DNA from: Phoronis australis
Taxonomy: Eukaryota; Animalia; Phoronida
DNA: 64,000 bases
Assembly: GCA_002633005.1 (NCBI GenBank)
Contig: NMRA01000205.1
Span: forward strand, 637,688-701,687
Direction of reading: 5' to 3'
Positions 49,986 to 62,867 of this stretch are shown piece after piece (within the stretch, counting starts at the first letter, position 1; each line of letters opens with the position of its first letter). The notes beneath the pieces are model-generated. The model worked only from the letters and a program-made list of their open reading frames with translations, was not told the DNA's origin and did not search any database. The position numbers and the translations under genes are program-made.

Positions 49986-51577
49986 GTGGAGTTGGAAAAA
50001 CGCTCAGAATTTTTTATTGTTCTTCTCTTCGTCTTGGAAAACTAGAAAAAAAGATGGCAGAAAATAGTTTCCAAACTCATGGAAAAAAGAAAATACGTAA
50101 AAACTTTTGGAGAATGCCTAGTTTGTGAGTCATTTCCCGAGTTCATGCATTGAAGTGTGCTTAGCAACTGATACCATCATTAATAACCATTACTTAAAGT
50201 TTTTTTGTGTAGGAAAATTAATCCTGGTAAATTTGTGGAAGTGAATACGCAATGCGAGTGGTAACTACGTTTTTGGGGTTAACCAGTTCTCCTTTTTCGT
50301 GGAGTGGTTGAAGCTTTGTAGTCTTCTTAAGTATTGGTTGCGTTGTTTGAGTCTCGTAGCGGATTAGATGTTCTGAGATGTATGTGTTAGTTAAGAGTTG
50401 CTTACAAAAATGTTGTGATATTATGCTTATGTAATGTTGTGTCTTTGCAGTGCATGAACAGGAATGTTATTAAGTCTAGTACAAATGGTGCAATAGATGT
50501 ATCCTGTTTGTAACCACCATTTTTATTGTTCTGGCCAGTTTTTTTAATTTTTTTTTGGATGAAATATTTTTCAGTGAATTGGCTATTGTCGCTGAAATAT
50601 GATGTGCTGATTGATTGACCAAGTAGTTTGAAATAGGAATCGTGCAGTGCTGGATCATCTGTAAATATCTGACACTTTGTCCTGAGCATTTTCCTTAAAT
50701 AAAAAAAAATTAGTGTAACCTGTCTTCGTAGTCTGCATTGTGCTATAGATGCAGTGTATCTGCACTTTACTCATCTTGAACCATTCTCCTCTTCAAAGTG
50801 TTAATCATATGTTTAATAATGTGAGTTCCTGTTAATTAAATGATTCATTTGTTTTTGCATTTCTTCAGATATCAAGTAAGATTGCTTGTAGAGATTTTTT
50901 ATGCACTTTCAAGAATCTCAAACTACAGTTCTTTTTGTGAAGCCAAAGTAATAGCCATGTTCTCAGTTGAACTCTCCTTTTTGCAGAGGTAGAAAAAAGC
51001 ACAGTGTAAATTTCCTCTGAACTTGGTAATTACGTTCATATGTACAATGTCTCCAGAACAAATAATTACTGTTGGTTCTGTTCCCATAGGATGCCAGTTG
51101 TTCATATGGCATTTTGATGGTCCATTATGTATAGTTTACTGTACTGTAGTTTTGATGTCATGTTTTTTCTACATAACCAATATCCGAACCTCAAGACATG
51201 TATTACATGACATTTGTTGGTGCTCAATTGTAGGGCTGCACTCCGTTAAGAATCTGGTATTGATGTTTTCTTATTGATACGATATCATAACAGAATTTTT
51301 ATTCATTACACCCCCCCCCCCGCAGTGGAATGACTATCNACTATCTGAATTGACTCATCAGCCAGTTGGGAATACAGCGATGTCATTATCAGTGGCAAAC
51401 CAATGTTTCCATAGTCCAGCTCTCTTATTGTCAGCTTTCATCTGATAAGCTCACCTAATCCAGCAGTCATGTTGTAAACAGCGTGCCTGACGCTAATCAG
51501 TATTTAACAATACTATTTGCAAACGACTTTCAACAAATGTCCTGGAGCAGAATGTGTTTTGTATAAAATGCGTAAAC

Positions 51578-52556
51578 CAAAAAACTTCAAATGGAAAAAA
51601 ACAGTTGACTTTCAGAGAAATTTGACTAAAGTTTTACACGTTGATTCTTTTGTGTGACTGTAAGCTCTGACCGGCTTAACCACAGTATTGTGTTCCAACA
51701 CAAAAGACTTGCTTGACACGTTTAATTGATCGAGATTCTCGGTTAGATCGTGATAATGAAGATTTTTTGATTTTTACCCTCCAGAAGAATGATACTTAAT
51801 AGCAAACATTTTGAAGTCTGGTCTGCACGCCACCTGTTGTCCACATCACATGACCCTAATGAATATAAAGTAAGTCTGAAAAGATTTCTGCCCCCACCGG
51901 GACTCGAAACAGACACCATGTTTTAAACTGGTGAAAACAAAGGAAAGGGTATCTTTAAGAAATGCTTCTGTTTTTGACACATGTGGGCTCTAGTGAACCT
52001 GTGTTTTCTGTCAAAAGGCCAAGTTTTGGTTTACTAAGCCACCTACAGTTATACATTGTTCCATGGNCAAAAAACTTCAAATGGAAAAAAACAGTTGACT
52101 TTCGGAGAAATTTGACTAAAGTTTTACAGGTTGATTCTTTTGTGTGACTGTAAGCTCTGACCAGCTTAACCACAGTATTGTGTTCCAACACAAAAGACTT
52201 GCTTGACACGTTTAATTGATCGAGATTCTCAGTTAGATCGTGATAATGAAGATTTTTTGATTTTTACCCTCCAGAAGAATGATACTTAATAGCAAACATT
52301 TTGAAGTCTGGTCTGCACGCCACCTGTTGTCCACATCACATGACCCTAATGAATATAAAGTAAGTCTGAAAAGATTTCTGCCCCCACCGGGACTCGAAAC
52401 AGACACCATGTTTTAAACTGGTGAAAACAAAGGAAAGGGTATCTTTAAGAAATGCTTCTGTTTTTGACACATGTGGGCTCTAGTGAACCTGTGTTTTCTG
52501 TCAAAAGGCCAAGTTTTGGTTTACTAAGCCACCTACAGTTATACATTGTTCCATGG
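51578..52556. repeat. ~490-bp duplication around a single N (52068); probable assembly overlap
   Basis: 51578-52067 matches 52069-52556. Confidence 0.85.
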
Positions 52557-53654
52557 TCAAAGTATATGTGGTTTCTGCAGCTTTGAAAGAAATAGACAAT
52601 TCATTATTTTTTGAGACCAAGCTCATAACAGAAATTTCAGGGCACAACATGACCTGAAATTTCAGGTCACATGACCTAGTGTTTCATGAGCTTCTTGGTC
52701 TGAAGAAGTATGAACTGTCAGTATTCCCAGAGCCCAGGGATCACTTGTAAACCGCGTAAGGACCGAGACATACCAATTTTATACTGACAAGTGGTCTGAG
52801 TTTACCGGAGACTTCACTGACACCACCGGTTTAAGGTGGATCTTGCATGCTAATTCCTTATTTCTGCAATTGATTAGTCAAATTAGAAACGCAACACAGA
52901 GTGACAATATGAATTCGAAGTAGGTTTAAAATTACCAAATGTTTTTAAAAGTTTTGTGTCAAAAATGATCCGCGGTAAATCACTCGACCATGACCAGTAA
53001 GTGTAGTGTTGGGGCAATAACACTGTATGATGCGGATTATGCGAGCCCCCAAGGTACGTCATTAGTGCAAAGGTCACCTATTTGCAGAATTTGTAGTTTT
53101 CACATACACAAGTTGTCAATGAGTACAACTGCACTTTGTTTAGCATAGACGACGTTCGAATAACATTGTCGTTTAGTTCTTGCTATACACTAGCGTGGTT
53201 AAGACCATGCGAATACTTCTTTAATGGACTTTAACTGGGTGTATAGGGAAGGCCGTGTATTCCGACAGTCAGTGTTGGGAATTTCAAGAGATGATGATTA
53301 ACAATTATGTAGGCCCTAGGACCAATATCTATGTGTATTACTCCCAGGTAGGCCCCACTAAATGCTTTCGAATTTTACTCAAGGGCTTATACTGTGCCAT
53401 CTTTCATGATGCCACGCTATTGTTAGTTTACTCTTTGTATCCACATTCTGTGCTCACATGTATTCCTCTGTGCTCATGAATGGTGTATATCGGAATAAAA
53501 CAAATAAAGAGAGTTTGGGCTCATTTTGTTGGATGTGGCTTGTCCGTTGTGGTCGGCCTTAATTTAGAAAACGCGACTTTTAATAGAAACGCATGATTAA
53601 ATTGGTCTTCAAGGCAGAACCAAAATCAGGTGTCTCTTTCAAGTATCGTAATAC

Positions 53655-53800
53655 TTCATTAAGACAGAAATTTGGTCTTACATACCCATTTCTGAAAAAA
53701 ATAAACTGACTTAATCAAAACAACAAAGTATCATAGAATATATCCTTCACTGCTACTTACTGAGAAAAGAGTGCGTAAGACCAAATTTCTGTCTTAATGT
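53655..53800. mobile_element. Short palindromic MITE
   Basis: cattaagacagaaatttggtcttac ... gtaagaccaaatttctgtcttaatg. Confidence 0.6.
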
Positions 53801-54336
53801 CTTCAGTCACTTTTATGAAACAGGCTCAGAGCCCATGGGTCAAATCTTTGTACCCGAAATTATTTTTGACATTTATGTTCGAATTCAAGATAAGCATCAA
53901 GAATGTTTCCATTCATGCTGATGAATGTTTAGTCGAAGTTTGCACTTGATGACCTCTAGATCCGACCTACGAACTCGAGGAAAAACTCCAGAGTTCAAGT
54001 AAAAACTCGAAATTTTTAACTCAGATTAGACGTTACAGCATTAATGTTGAAAGCATTAATTGGAGGATAACAGTCGCCCATATAAAGCACAGCATACCTG
54101 AACACATAATAATATACGCTTATCTTGAATTTGTACAAAAACAGAATGGAAAATGTCACAAAAATGCCAGTTTGATTTCGAGTAAAAAGACTAGACCTCG
54201 GACGTGGGTTTCCGTCAATTTTTACATTAGAAATTATCCACATTATTTACCAAAGATTGTCAAAGTTCAAGAAGTAACTGTGTGATTATTTTCTAGTTGA
54301 TCGGAAAAATACTTAGTCATTGACTTCCTAGTAAGC

Positions 54337-54483
54337 CAGGGGCGGATTCAGGATTTTGAGTTAGAGAAGGCCAGGGCAGAGTATTAGCCAGGATTTTGCC
54401 CGTTAGACATACTGCCAAATGGAATCTGGAAGAATTTTAGGGGGGCCATGGCCCCCTTGGCCCCCCTCTAAATCCGTCACTGT
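54337..54483. mobile_element. MITE with CAG(G/T)GGCGGAT-type TIRs; a larger relative lies at ~57192-58051
   Basis: caggggcggattcagg ... ccccccctctaaatccgtcactg. Confidence 0.6.
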
Positions 54484-54746
54484 AAGCTCTCAATATTTTA
54501 TCTTAAAGACGACAAAACTCAATCGTTTCATAAGGGAGAGAGGGGGAGAGGGAGGAAGGCAGGAGGAGGCGGGGGGGAAGAGAGGGAAGGAGGGAGAGAG
54601 GGAAGAGAATTCTTTATTTGCAATGAGGTGGATAAATTCAATTATAATGAAATACATTTCTGATTACACTTGATAAGATGCCCTCTTTAAAGGTTTGTGG
54701 CCGCTATCAAAACGAACAGTTCGTATCCCAGTTCTGAACTACTTAC

Positions 54747-54851
54747 CGTAGGTACATATTCAGCAGGAAATTTTTTGGTTGTGTAGGAGATTAATAGACA
54801 GGTTTTACTAATCTCACCGTCACCCACCACCACACATTTGATGGTCTGCAT
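54747..54851 (-). pseudogene. CDC42: CDC42 first coding exon with degenerate P-loop; no downstream exons seen
   Basis: [35 protein letters not shown]|gtaagt versus canonical [35 protein letters not shown]. It is 105 nt with an upstream acceptor (tttgcag; exon starts 54865). Confidence 0.75.
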
Positions 54852-55221
54852 TGCCCAACTGGGTTCTGCAAATATAGTCATATAGTCTTAGGTTCACACG
54901 CACACAGACAAGCTGCGGCAGTGCAGTCGTATGTAACTGATGTAAACTGCACCAGCAATACGATTATCCTATACCTAGAATGTGGTCTTGCACTGGCGGT
55001 GTATGTCACCTCCGACCGGGGTAGGTATATTTCCGTAGCATCTAATTTTACTTCGGTCTTTCGTATCTGTGCATGAGTGAACAGCCATGTGATTTTTAAA
55101 ATGGAGTCTGACGGCCTTTATGTGGAACTCAATAGTTTTGAGAGTCACGCTTGAATTTACCTTCAAATTGACACTTGCTGGGTTATGCTGCGTGGAAATT
55201 GAGGAACCCTTCACCTGCCAC

Positions 55222-55795
55222 GGAGACACCCTTCACTACTGAGACACCCTTGAGGTACCCTTCACTACTGAGACACCCTTGAGGTACCCTTCACTACTGA
55301 GACACCCTTGAGGTACCCTTCACTACTGAGACACCCTGAGGTACCCCTCACTACTGAGACTCCATTGAGGTATCCTTCACTACTGAGACACCCTTGAGGT
55401 ACCCTTCACTACTGAGACACCATTGAGGTACCCTTCACTACTGAGACACCCTGAGGTACCCTTCACTACTGAGACACCATTGAGGTACCCTTCACTTCTG
55501 AGACACCCTTGAGGTACCCTTCACTACTGAGACACCATTGAGGTATCCTTCACTACTGAGACACCCTGAGGTACCCTTCACTACTGAGACACCATTGAGG
55601 TACCCTTCACTTCTGAGACACCCTTGAGGTACCCTTCACTACTGAGACACCATTGAGGTATCCTTCACTACTGAGACACCCTGAGGTACCCTTCACTACT
55701 GAGACACCATTGAGGTACCCTTCACTACTGAGACACCCTTGAGGTACGCTTCTCTACTGAGACACCCTTCAGGTCCACTTCACTACTGAGACACT
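55222..55795. repeat. Minisatellite, 28-29-bp unit x~20
   Basis: gaggtacccttcactactgagacaccctt with cat/ct variants. Confidence 0.95.
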
Positions 55796-58700
55796 TAGGA
55801 TCTGTACTGAAAAAATCTGACTGGTCGACAGTCACTTTTCATTCATTACTTAATCAGGAGTTTTGGCAGTGTGAATACACTGGCTATCAGTTCGTAGTGA
55901 TTGCAAGAAAACGGTGGCTTTGGGGCAATAATCGCTGATTTCGTGTATTTTGTTCGTTTATGCACTTCTGGAAAACGTTTGTTTGTAATCAGTTTTAATA
56001 GACTTTGTGCAATGTTTTTGATGTTTGTGAGAAAGAATGCAGTTCATGTTGTCAGGTTTTGTAAACATTGTGAAACAGGCTACTGGTGCTGACACGACCT
56101 GGATTTTCAAGACACTGAAAAATCAGCACGTGTTGAGTGTCACTTTAAATCATTTTTCGTAAAGGGGGTTTCCGTTGATAAGCCTATGGGCGTATATTCG
56201 GAAAATTTAAATTTTCAGGCGTTTTAGCAACACCAAATAAACGCCCATGGGCGTGAATTTGGCATAATTTTCCGAATAAACGTCCATGGACGTTTTATCG
56301 GGTGGCCTTATCTACGGAAAACCCCGGTAACACAGACTCCAGAACCTCATAGAATTCGGTGCATTTCATCAACGACAAAACGTGATTACTGGTGGAGCTG
56401 ATGGTTATTTTGCAAATGCATACACGAGTCCGCGGTTTCAAGCATGCACAGCGTGTTTGCGCTGCGAGATGTTTGTTTTCAGCATCGTTGCTGCTGTCGT
56501 ATCATTAGCGCTTATCTAGGTCAATGTACCTACGTGTAAGTCCAGATGCGCCTATTTCGGGTTCGCCTGTGCGTCAAACACTTGAACACGGAACCAAAAA
56601 GCAGTGTTTGAACACATTTAAATGAAACTCGACTTTTCAGTTACAAGACGGTAGACATTGTTTAACACTTGTTATTTAAATTATAAGCACCAAAACGAGA
56701 CACATGCAATATACAGTGTACAATTGTTAAGCTTAAAATAAACCCATTAACAAAAAGTAACTGGAGTTTACAAAGTTTTACAAAAGTTGCGTCTTGTTGT
56801 TGAAAGTTTAAGACAAGTCGGGTTTTTTCAGCACAAAGATCGTTTTTACGATTCATGTGAAAAAACAAATCCTACGCTAGTCTCAGATTGATGACATGGA
56901 CAAAACCTCTTGGAAATTTCGTCAAAATCCCTCGGCAAGCATTGGCTGCCCATGTCATAAAACTGAGACTCGTATAGGATTCTCCATCAGCTGCGTCATC
57001 TCCTCACATAAATGGTTTTCGCTAGACAACTCAGATTTAATTCCTATGTAAAATTCGCCCCGGCACCAATAAAGAACTAGTTATTCGTGAGGTAAGAAAA
57101 TTCTGTTATAGGAAGGATCTGCATTAGGGTATAATCAGGAAGTATAATCCATGTATCCGGGGGGGGCGGTCATCATAAATGCGGGAGGGTATCAGTGGCG
57201 GGTCTAGGATATCACAAGGGGGTGCCCAACATTTTTTTTCTGTAAAAATTTGCTCAAAGCACGATTATAAATGCGCATAGCATTGAATGGGGGGTCGGGA
57301 AAGGGGTTTGCCCCCCTCCCGCCCAGGAAATTTTTTTGTTTTTTCCTCTAAAAATCAAGCATTTACCTTGATTCCCGAAGTATTATCCAAGAAAAAAGGC
57401 AAAAAAAACCCGGAGAAAGTGTCAAACAGGAAAAACTGCAAGTACTACAGACTCAAACTCACGACCTGGCAGATAGAGCGAGCATACTTTACCACTGCAC
57501 CACCACCGTTTAAGTCCAAATTCGATACTAAGAGACCTACTTGTTTATGGTTCACAGCGTTTGCGCGCGAAACCTCCTTCTTTTGTAATGCTTATTACAT
57601 GTTTTATATTTTGTGCAATCAGTTCGTAACAAATTTGTTGTATTTAAAATAGTCTTCAATTGTCCAAATCAAAAGGCCAAATCCGTTTTTTGTGTTGGCA
57701 ATTAATGAAGCGATTGCTTTGCAAATCGTCTTAAGTTAAGGTTTGACAAAGAGAGAATTATAAGTTTCTCAGTGATTCACTAAGGCTTCGATTAAAATTG
57801 ACATATTACCAGCAGCTTCTGTTTTTTCATCATCACTCAGATTCCATTTTCTTTAAAAAATGAAGTAATTTTCTTCATCGCACAGTGGAGCAGACGACGG
57901 AAACGGAGTCGTAGTGTCCAGCGCCACTGCCGGTCGCCTGGGATATCGCGGGGGAGCCTTTACTTAGCCATAGTTTCGTTACGATTGCGCCGTGTTCCGA
58001 TTTTGACACTTGAAATTGGCCCCGTGCCCCCCCCCCCTAAATCCGCCTATGGGTACTGCTTCATATTGAAAATAGTCAAAAAGATTTACCAAGCAAAAAA
58101 CCTTGCTGCTGGACAAACGTGAATAATTTTGGCTAAGCTTGAAATTTATTGATCAGCTTGAACATTCGTTAATAATATACCAAATATGATATTAACTGTT
58201 ATAGTTTGATTAGCTGTGTAATTAAAGCTCTGTATTTCCCGAGAATTTGTAGTTTGCTTGAAAGTGCTTTTAAGCTTTTAAAAACAAGTATTAAAAACTT
58301 CGTTAATTGGAATCTTTATTGATCAGTCACGAAAAACCTGTGTTGAATGAACGGCTCACATGTTTGTATAACACGCTGGCTGTGTTTCGATATGATTGCG
58401 GGTTTCCAACCGTGTGTTGCATTCACACTATCTGCTTGTATGCCCCTCTTTCCGCTGTCATGTGAATTGCACTGTTTATTTCGCTCTGTGTATGTTCATT
58501 CCACTCATTCCCTGATGATGTGACATGACGTCACGAAATATAGCTACTCTTTTTATTTGTTTGTTTGTTATGTCTCTCGGTCTTTTACTTCATACCTGCA
58601 CAACAGAAGAAAGAGGAGTGTTCCGAAATTACGAACGTACCAGTATCAAGTTCGCTAACAAAAAGTCTAGTTGGGTCTTTAACAAAGTTTGTGTAAACGA

Positions 58701-60656
58701 AGGGCTACTACCGAACTATACTGAAACAAGTAGTGGTGAATATTGAAGGACATGAAGCTTTAATAATATTGGCCAAGATTGAGCAATAATGGTCAACATG
58801 AACAGGAAGACGTAACCTACAGAGTGAAAAATTTAGTGAGTATGGATTATTCAAGCATGTCTAATTCAATGTCGTACACTTCAAAACAATGGGGTCCATT
58901 GGATCCTAATTTCAAGTGTTGGAGGTTCATTATTCCCTCACAACAAAACGATATGTAGGCTTACACTAGTTGTCAATTCTCTTGACAACTCTGTAGGCTT
59001 CTTGGCCGGAGGCATGACACGCAAGTGCCGATCCTTTTCACTATTGTTCGATTGCGACACTAAACCAGACAACCGTATCATGACTACAATAGGATCTGCT
59101 TCTCACACTAATAACTTCTCTCCCGCTAATTTCAAGACATAATGTGACATCCCGCATTACATCTGCAGTGAAATGGCAATTGCTCATATTAATAGTCACG
59201 AAAGCCGATAAAACAAACAATTCACAGGGCCCACTCACTGCTTAAGTTGTAGCGAACGCTGTGTTGATTTTAGTGTTCAACCCAGGCTGAGTTTTTGTGT
59301 TATTCATCCATGAAGAAGGCGCATGTTGAGATAATATGTGCGTTATCTTGGACAGTACAAGAATTGTTACACATGATTAGGTAAGACACCTATCTTATGG
59401 TCGAAAATCTCCAATCCCGGGACGAAAATTAATGTCAGGCACCACATGCCTTGAAAGCCTTGGATCACGGGTGGGGTTGTTGATACCGGTTCACCGATGA
59501 TTGACAGCGGGTAAGCGCAGATGCCAGAACCCGGCTAATCATTTGAAACAAACAAGTCACGCCACTGTCCTGCAATTGTGTTTTTGCCACCCACTCTGTC
59601 ACAGACTGTAGAATTTACCGCCATAGCTCACATGAAGCAGATATAAACAACTTAAATAAAATGAAAGCAAAATTTGTGGACTTAAGACAGACCGGCGAGA
59701 GCAATTTTTCATAAATTCTTTTTGGGTTATTTATCGACTGTTAAAATGAAAAGAGTTGTCGTAGCTTCTACTTTCAAAATGCAAAGAAGTATAATTGCTA
59801 AAAAAATGAAAACGAAGTCAAGCATTTTTTAACTCCATTTGTCTTGTATAATACAACTTTTCGAATGTATAGCAACTATTTATACTCACAAAAATGATAT
59901 ATTATATATATATTATATAAGATAAATTATGGAGCATTTTTTGAAAAAATTTCGAAGTCATCTTTTGATGTTCAAAAGGTTGCGTAGCGGGACGGGCTCT
60001 CTCCCGTTAGCGCGAGTCACTATTCATATTCTGATGTCCATTGTGATGTCTAATTGAAGATATTTGTTGGCTAGTCATTGGTAGGCAAATATCTATGTGG
60101 GTTCTCTGGAGACCTCGTGGTTTCAGGGAGTTTTCGATAAGAGTTTGTGAAGTGTGACTGTATCGTTGGTATAAGTACAATCTATGATTAAACTGCAGTC
60201 GCTGGTCTTATTATTTGTTTGTGAAACGCGAACCCGTGACAGTTGTAAGGCCTCGATTACGGCTAAAACGTTATTAGAATTGTCACAGAAAGGTGAAACT
60301 CTCTTTGATTTAAAGTATAAGAATCTTTTGGCATATACAAAATATTACATTGAAATTACAAAAATTATGAGAATTATTTGAAAACGAATTTAATTACTGA
60401 AAAAAACATAATCCTAAATCAGTTGTTCATTCATTAATGCGTGTGTTACTAGGAGCACCTGCAGCGGTTGACTGTTGTATGTATGGGTCCTTGTAATTAC
60501 ACTAATGACACTGTTAACGAGTAAGGGTATTTTTTGAATAAAGGACAAGCCAAACGCTGTAACTGTATTTAGCTTGTTGATGGAAAACCACTGACGTCCT
60601 TCCGCAGGGCACGATCACTACATTAGTTTCACAGTTTGTTAGTTGACCTATAGCCA

Positions 60657-60808
60657 GCCTCCCGTTCAGTAACGCTAGGACCTCGCTAAAAAGGAAGACT
60701 TCGCTAGATTACGTGAGATATTGCCGTGTATTTTAAATGAGAACACGTGACTTTGACTAGATTTTAGCTAGGTCCTAGCGTAGGTCCTAGCGTCTACTGA
60801 ACGCACGC
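60657..60808. mobile_element. Short inverted-repeat element (MITE-like)
   Basis: cgttcagtaacgctaggacct ... aggtcctagcgtctactgaacg. Confidence 0.5.
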
Positions 60809-62309
60809 CAGGATTTTGAGTGACTGTTTAACTGACCAATCAAAACGTAGCATTCTTGACAGACCTTCGTTTCCAAGCCACGATTTTAACCTACCAGTAA
60901 CACATTGCCGGGTAAAACTGATTGTTTGTTTGTCTGTATTACGCAAGGGGGCGGAGCTCAATTGTCCCACACTTCTACAAGACCTTAACTTTCCTCACTA
61001 CATATCATTTGATTATAGGCAACTCACCTAGGCCAACTCGCTATCGACACGGTGATTTCAGAGGAAAAAGCCGTAATAGACCTTAGTGACATGGTAAGTT
61101 TAAAGTCACTATTTTCTTGAATGCTTTCTAACGGCAATGAGTGTTACATACAGAGGAGCGCCAGTGATTTAGTGTACAAATTCTTTCAAACACGGAGCTC
61201 CACCATGTTTGACATGATAAATGTTAGGATGGGCTGGTGTTTTCTTGTTTCACAAGACAAATGAAATAGCAACGTTGCGTTTTGTGGTAAAGTGAAAGTG
61301 TCATGCTCAGCAAGTGTAAATTATGTGTTTTCTGTAAATTAAAGAAAAGAAAAACCAGGATTTTGCTCAATCTTCTATTTTTGCTGAAAGAGAACCGTGT
61401 TGTGCTTATTTGCCTCTTATTTACACAAACACAGTGAGAGCTAGGTGATTTCGTTCGGTACAATGCCTTTCCTCTGAATCTACAATTTCTCTTAATTATT
61501 ACCAATAAACTTTATTGGTCAGAGTAATGTTACTATTATTAAATACTACGCCCAAATATAATACTTTCCAGCTTTTTCTCGGCTTTACTACAATTATTGT
61601 GATATATAAAAATATATATACTTTTCGTCATTAACAGTAAAAGCATATGTGACGTTTAAAGCTCAATTCTCATTTACTTTTATCAAATTGTTCAAGATAT
61701 TTAGCAGTACAAGCGCATCCCTGCCTAATGATCAATTTCTAACTCCATAACAATGGAGGCTCAAAGTTGAAGTAAAATTGTCACTTTCTTATTTCACAGC
61801 CATCACAGTTTAGTTAGTGTAACACTTTTTTGGGCCGAAACACATTTTTGAAATTATTGTTGGTAAAATGTTATAAGCTTTGACGAAAGCAATAGAGCAA
61901 AAGATGTTTCTGTTATTTTATTACAAATCGAGAATTCTCGCCATTGCTTGCCGGTCAATCACCAATATCCATGCCAATTAATGCTCTCCGCATTAAACCG
62001 GTTCATTTTTGAAAAAAGTAAAATTGATTTAGGACACTTTAAACAATAAAATCTGTCTCAAAACGTTTCTTAGTTAAACTGGAGATGACTTCGGGCTTCA
62101 GCCAAATAAATGGCTGTTCGGTATTTCTTCAAACCAAGCTCATAAAATTTCAGACTTTTCAATAGCTAGGACCGAAGAAATAATGAAGTTCATTTCTGCT
62201 AGAGCCCAGAAATCACTTCCAAAATGGACAGGGGATAAAAGAACATGACCTAATTTTATAACGGCGTCTCGTCTATGTAATGCCTAATACGCTGGCGTAT
62301 TTTCAGAAT

Positions 62310-62867
62310 ATGGATGTTCAACGATGTATTGTATTTCAAGTGATGATCTTCGCATCTTGTGCTGCTCTTGACATCAACATTAATCAGAGATCTTTATCAC
62401 TTCTTATCCCATATTGCGGGACTGAGAGGTCACGTGACAAGCGCGAAGAGCCAGAAAATCAAAGATTCGATCGTAAACTACACAATTCCGCTGTACGAAC
62501 TGAAATGAATACTTCAACCAGAAGTAAATCTACCATCCCAATGACTGTTTTTGGCGCCACCAATACTTCTAATTCAAGACATTCCAATCGACGTACCAAA
62601 AGACAACCGTTACAGACTAGACGATGTCGATTTCTGGATGGTGTTATGTTTTTGGGATTTTGGAGCTTCCCAGCATCCATCCGGAACGGAATGTGCACAG
62701 GTAGCTGTGGATCCCTAGAGTGTCGACCCATAAAATACAGAGAAAGAGTTATGACTTTATCTCCAAATACGTGCATACCACGAAACGCATCGTGGTCCAT
62801 CGAGTACGAGTTACACTGGACCACACAGCACATCTGGGTAACTGTAGGATGTCAGTGCGGCTCTTGA
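62310..62867 (+). CDS. Secreted cystine-knot growth-factor precursor, trunk/PTTH/noggin-like
   Basis: Hydrophobic signal (CIVFQVMIFASCAA), furin sites RDKR and RRTKR, then C-x-LG..FP..I..G.C..SC....C.P..Y...V......C...W.....V.VGCQC. Acceptor tttcag at 62306. An upstream ATG|gtaagt at 61091-61093 would splice in frame. Confidence 0.75.
   Translation: MDVQRCIVFQVMIFASCAALDININQRSLSLLIPYCGTERSRDKREEPENQRFDRKLHNSAVRTEMNTSTRSKSTIPMTVFGATNTSNSRHSNRRTKRQPLQTRRCRFLDGVMFLGFWSFPASIRNGMCTGSCGSLECRPIKYRERVMTLSPNTCIPRNASWSIEYELHWTTQHIWVTVGCQCGS

Noticed and set aside
55222-55795. CRISPR-like array
   Set aside because: Head-to-tail units with no unique spacers in a eukaryotic context: a minisatellite.
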